NCBI GenBank assembly: GCA_050253415.1
Contig: JBFWJC010000002.1
Location: 448,625 to 512,624 of the forward strand
Source: Pedobacter sp.
GTDB lineage: Bacteria; Desulfobacterota; Desulfuromonadia; Desulfuromonadales; Syntrophotaleaceae
Length of the DNA stretch: 64,000 nt
Direction: 5' to 3'
The notes under the pieces were generated by a model. It was given only the letters and a program-made list of their open reading frames with translations, ran no database searches and was not told the DNA's origin. Shown piece by piece: positions 60,169 to 64,000 of the stretch (position 1 is the first letter of the stretch; each line of letters opens with the position of its first letter). The translations under genes and the position numbers were made by a program.

Positions 60169-61457
60169 GGCAGACTCCCGGATGGGGGCAGGGTGGCTGA
60201 TGGCATCGGCTGGGGCGGCTTCAGTGCGACAAGATAATCGGCCAGCGCCTGGCGCTCCTCCACGGTGCCCATAAAAGGCGGCATGAAGGGACGGATGGCA
60301 TGCAGTTGGGATATGTAGGCATCCAGGGTCGTCTTGTCCATGCCGGATATCCGCTTGATCATATCGTTGTTGACGCCGCCCAGAGTGTGGCAGGCATAAC
60401 ACTGGAATTTAAACAGTTGCTGCCCCGCCGGGGTGCGGCGACTCCAGGGGGTGTTGGCCAGGAAAGGCTCGGCCGTGTCGCGACCAACCCTTTGACCGTT
60501 GGAATACATACGGCCATGCAGCACATATGGGCGTCGCGCCGCTTCGCGGGTCCATTCAAAACTTCCCATCAAAACCAGACCGGCAGCGAGTCCCGCCAGT
60601 GCCAAAGGTTTTCCGGTGCGGGCAGGACGCCATATGGCCAGCAGGAATCCGGCCAGCAGAAACAGGGCCGCCCATCGTCCCACGGCAAGGGTTCGCACGA
60701 TGGTCGGCGAGGCCCCCGCCACCAGGGCCCGCACCGGTGCGGGCAGACTGCTGACATACCAGAGGCCTGTGGGCAGCATGCCGCACAGGGCGAGCAAGGA
60801 CCCGACACCGCAGATGCGGATCAGGCGCCTGCCCAGCTCCCGATCCGCCATAAAAACCGCTGCCGCCATGACGAACAGGCCGGACAACAAGCCGGCCAGG
60901 CAGGTGCGAAACAGCAGCGAGGGCCAGAAAGTCGGATTGAAAAAAGACGCGGCCAGCCCGGCATTCGCCGGTGCCGCCCCGGGAGTGAGCATGAAAGTGA
61001 TGATGCCGTTGATGACGAACAGACTCAGCCAGCTGGCGATGCAATAAATGCGACCGATGGTCAGATGGCGTCGTGCTGGAAGCCGGTCGAAGCTGTGCAG
61101 GTACACGGTAATGGCCACGATCTCGACCAGAAACAGCACCCACTCGGCAGCCCATATAAAGACGAATCGGTGGATCAGGGCCGAGGTGCCCGCCGGCTGC
61201 ACCAGCGAGATGATAAACCAGATGCCGACTCCGGTCAGCGCCCCGAGGACCAGGGTTACGAACACGAAAAAACGGGCGAAGTTATGGGTGAATCGATACA
61301 GTACTTTATCTTGGTGACGCCAGGCGTGTCTTTCCAGCAGTACCAGCCATAGCCCTCCGCCGACGGCGAAATGGGAGATGAAAACATGGATGACAGCGAT
61401 GCTGGCGATCAACGTGCCGCCGCCAATGGAAGGCAGGTACCAGACGGGATAGTTCAT
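60165..61457 (-). CDS. cytochrome bd subunit I-like membrane protein with C-terminal cytochrome c domain
   Basis: HVFISHFAVG, AEW..F..E, NGI..FMLTP, FNP, EW.RE..RRPY, and CYACH heme c motif with a distal MPPF. Confidence 0.75.
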   Translation of the reverse strand: MNYPVWYLPSIGGGTLIASIAVIHVFISHFAVGGGLWLVLLERHAWRHQDKVLYRFTHNFARFFVFVTLVLGALTGVGIWFIISLVQPAGTSALIHRFVFIWAAEWVLFLVEIVAITVYLHSFDRLPARRHLTIGRIYCIASWLSLFVINGIITFMLTPGAAPANAGLAASFFNPTFWPSLLFRTCLAGLLSGLFVMAAAVFMADRELGRRLIRICGVGSLLALCGMLPTGLWYVSSLPAPVRALVAGASPTIVRTLAVGRWAALFLLAGFLLAIWRPARTGKPLALAGLAAGLVLMGSFEWTREAARRPYVLHGRMYSNGQRVGRDTAEPFLANTPWSRRTPAGQQLFKFQCYACHTLGGVNNDMIKRISGMDKTTLDAYISQLHAIRPFMPPFMGTVEERQALADYLVALKPPQPMPSATLPPSGSLP

Positions 61458-61778
61458 AAATGTTGCCCCTGAAGGTTTGAGGTGCTGAGCACCCCATGAC
61501 TTTTAACGTCTCTTGGCGAGGTTGTCAATCGACAGCGGTATATGGGAACAGGCTGAACCGATTGACGATGAATCGGAACGGACGCCGTATGTGAAAATCC
61601 GGGACTTACATTGAAGGAACCGTCACCTGTGGTAAAAGGGGTTTAAGGAGCACACCCTTTGACCTGTCGCTTCTACGAGGTGCGTAGGTGTAGCGGATGG
61701 CGTTGCGGCACTGAATCTGTTAAATGTCATCGATCGGGTTGAGGCAGACGTATATTGCCTGATCCGAAAGGGGATGTC

Positions 61779-62927
61779 ATGAAGCTTTCTACTGGCTGGT
61801 GGATTATGATTCTGACCTTCCTGGCGGTTGGGTTATGCCTCCTTGTCTGGGGGCGTTCGGTTCTGCGTTTTATGGAGGCGGGTTTTTTACTCGCTGATAT
61901 TGTCTCTGGTGATTCCCACAGTCCCGGTAAGGATGTTCGGTCCCGAATTGAAAAGCGACCGGTAGCCTACCAGTGGGAAGGCCGGGCGCGACGCGCGGAT
62001 CTCTACCGACCGGCGGGCAAAGTTCGGGCGGGCCTGGTGTTGCTGCCCGGGGTTGCCGAGCTGGGTGGTGACGATCCGCGGTTGGTGCTATTTGCCGGGG
62101 CTCTGGCCCGCGCGGGCTTTGCCGTGCTGGTTCCGGAACTGGCCGGGCTGAGGCAGTTGCGTGTGTCCTCCTCGGATGTGCAAGAGGTAACCGATGCATT
62201 TGCCTGGCTAGTCAGCCAGCAGGAGTTTGCGCCTGCGGGGCGGGCAGGTCTGGCCGCTTTCAGTTATGCGGCGGGGCCGGCCTTGCTTGCGGCTATGGAT
62301 AACGCGATCAGAGATCAGGTCGGGTTTGTGTTTGCGGTGGGCGGCTACCATGATCTGCGCCGAGTGCTGACTTTTTTTACCACCGGTTATTATGTGCAAA
62401 ATGGCCGGCAGCAGTATCTGTCTCCCGACGATTACGGCAAATGGGCATTTGTTGCCGGCAACCTCCATCATGTTCGGGATGACAAAGATCGGCGACTATT
62501 GGAGGCCCTGACCCGGCGCCTGTGGCGCGATCCCGGCGCCGTAACCGACGATCTGGTGATGGATCTGGGCCGTGAGGGGCAGTCGCTCTGGGCGTTCGTT
62601 ACCAATCGTGACCCGCAGCTTGCGCCGGCACTGATGGCAGCTTTGCCGGCTGCTATTCGGCAGGAAATCAGCTCACTCAACCTGGCGGAGCACGACTTGT
62701 CCAGGCTGAGAGCACCGCTGATACTGGTTCATGGGTACGAGGACCCCATGATCCCTTTTACCGAAAGCATTTCCCTGGCAAAGGCCGTATCCGACCGGCA
62801 GGCGCGTCTGTATTTGGTACACGGTCTGGTACACGTCGATGTCTCCCCTGCTTTGCCGGACCGGTGGCGGTTGTGGCGGGCGATGTATGATCTGCTGGCG
62901 GCCCGCGATGGAGTCCTTGGCTTTTGA
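61779..62927 (+). CDS. alpha/beta hydrolase fold protein with N-terminal TM
   Basis: ADLYRP, AFSYAAG nucleophile elbow, LVHG.ED..IP..ES, C-terminal His. Confidence 0.7.
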   Translation: MKLSTGWWIMILTFLAVGLCLLVWGRSVLRFMEAGFLLADIVSGDSHSPGKDVRSRIEKRPVAYQWEGRARRADLYRPAGKVRAGLVLLPGVAELGGDDPRLVLFAGALARAGFAVLVPELAGLRQLRVSSSDVQEVTDAFAWLVSQQEFAPAGRAGLAAFSYAAGPALLAAMDNAIRDQVGFVFAVGGYHDLRRVLTFFTTGYYVQNGRQQYLSPDDYGKWAFVAGNLHHVRDDKDRRLLEALTRRLWRDPGAVTDDLVMDLGREGQSLWAFVTNRDPQLAPALMAALPAAIRQEISSLNLAEHDLSRLRAPLILVHGYEDPMIPFTESISLAKAVSDRQARLYLVHGLVHVDVSPALPDRWRLWRAMYDLLAARDGVLGF

Positions 62928-63157
62928 TGTGTCCTTCCCAATCCACTTTTTTTGCATGGATAAGGGTAAAATTGTGGCAACATGCCTGTAATATGAGCAG
63001 GTTGTCATTATGCAGAAGGATAGCAAGCCAGTCTGTTTGGTTTGTCTCCCCGCTGTTTATGCGTGTTCGGGCGATTTGGCAGGCGTCGACCTTGTCGGTT
63101 TATATTTTGCAATGGTCAATGCGTTGCACTTATGGCCGATTGGCCGGGAGATGAAAG

Positions 63158-63868
63158 ATGGGAACTATTGCCATTATCGAAGCGGGCAGGACTTTTCCCG
63201 AGTTAGCGATTCGGTTGGGAGATTTTTCCGATTGGATGGCGTCGGGTCTGGGCACGGACCACAATCGGTTGCAGGTGATTCCGGCTTTTTGCGGCGCGCA
63301 GTTACCTGCGCCGAAGACCCTGCAGGGGGTGGTGATCAGTGGCGCCCATGCCATGGTGACCGACGGCAGTCCCTGGATGACCCATTTGAAAAAATGGCTG
63401 GCGGAGTTGGTCGCGGCCTCGGTGCCGGTGCTCGGTATCTGCTTCGGACATCAGATTTTGGCCCAGGCGCTGGGCGGGGTGGTCGATTATCATCCGCGAG
63501 GCAGGGAGGTCGGCACCGTTGATGTGCGTCTGACTGCCGACGTCGACGCTGACCCCTTGTTTGCCGGCATGCCGGAGGCCTTTACCGCGCAGGTTTTTCA
63601 TGCCCAGAGTGTCAGGCAGTTGCCGCCTGGTGCCAGGGTCCTGGCCGGAAACGATTTTGAACCGCACCAGGCCGTCGCCTATGCGGAACGTGCCTGGGGA
63701 GTGCAATTTCATCCGGAATTCGACGCCCGGATCATGCGTGCGTATATCGCGGAGGAATCCGGAGTTTTGCTTGATGAAGGATTCGACCTCTCGCAGCTGC
63801 TGGCCCGTGTGCAGGATACTCCGGCCAGCGCTGGTCTGTTGAGGAATTTTGGCAAGCTGGTTGGTTGA
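63158..63868 (+). CDS. class I glutamine amidotransferase (GMP-synthase-like, standalone)
   Basis: PVLGICFGHQ and GVQFHPE catalytic motifs. Confidence 0.9.
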   Translation: MGTIAIIEAGRTFPELAIRLGDFSDWMASGLGTDHNRLQVIPAFCGAQLPAPKTLQGVVISGAHAMVTDGSPWMTHLKKWLAELVAASVPVLGICFGHQILAQALGGVVDYHPRGREVGTVDVRLTADVDADPLFAGMPEAFTAQVFHAQSVRQLPPGARVLAGNDFEPHQAVAYAERAWGVQFHPEFDARIMRAYIAEESGVLLDEGFDLSQLLARVQDTPASAGLLRNFGKLVG

Positions 63869-63872
63869 AACC

Positions 63873-64000
63873 GTCACTGGTCACTGGTCACTGGTCACTG
63901 GTCACTGGTCACTGGTCACTGGTCACTGGTCACTGGTCACTGGTCACTGGTCACTGGTCACTGGTCACTGGTCACTGGTCACTGGTCACTGGTCACTGGT
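63873..64000. repeat. heptamer tandem repeat (GTCACTG)n, n>=18, runs off window
   Basis: perfect units starting 4 nt after the stop of the amidotransferase gene. Confidence 0.95.

Noticed and set aside
61460..61778. Riboswitch or sRNA in the divergent intergenic region
   Set aside because: No recognisable riboswitch consensus; would need an Rfam search.

Overview
GC-rich bacterial chromosome segment. Gene content and order suggest a Desulfuromonadales deltaproteobacterium (Pelobacter/Syntrophotalea-like; inference). Four blocks: (1) 0.8-18.9 kb, a 21-gene type II FAS/PKS cluster of aryl-polyene-like architecture that also carries a phytoene-desaturase-family oxidoreductase and a radical SAM/SPASM enzyme. 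(2) 21.7-29.9 kb, an AT-rich decaying integron next to purB, with a truncated intI oriented like its cassettes, five recognisable attC sites, a broken REP-associated tyrosine transposase (RAYT) inside a perfect 28-bp inverted repeat, GGGAC-type motifs at the points where cassettes/attC sites are cut, and a 901-bp tandem duplication. (3) 32-40 kb, nitrogen assimilation: a three-gene split glutamate synthase and amtB, each with a sigma54 promoter, then ilvE. (4) 42-64 kb, mostly housekeeping genes (rng, rplU, rpmA, obgE, proBA, nadD, rsfS, rlmH, gpmI, comF), a CydA-like/cytochrome c gene pair, two heptamer tandem arrays and small dispersed repeat elements. No rRNA, tRNA or CRISPR array was seen. 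All family assignments come from motif recognition by eye, not database searches.
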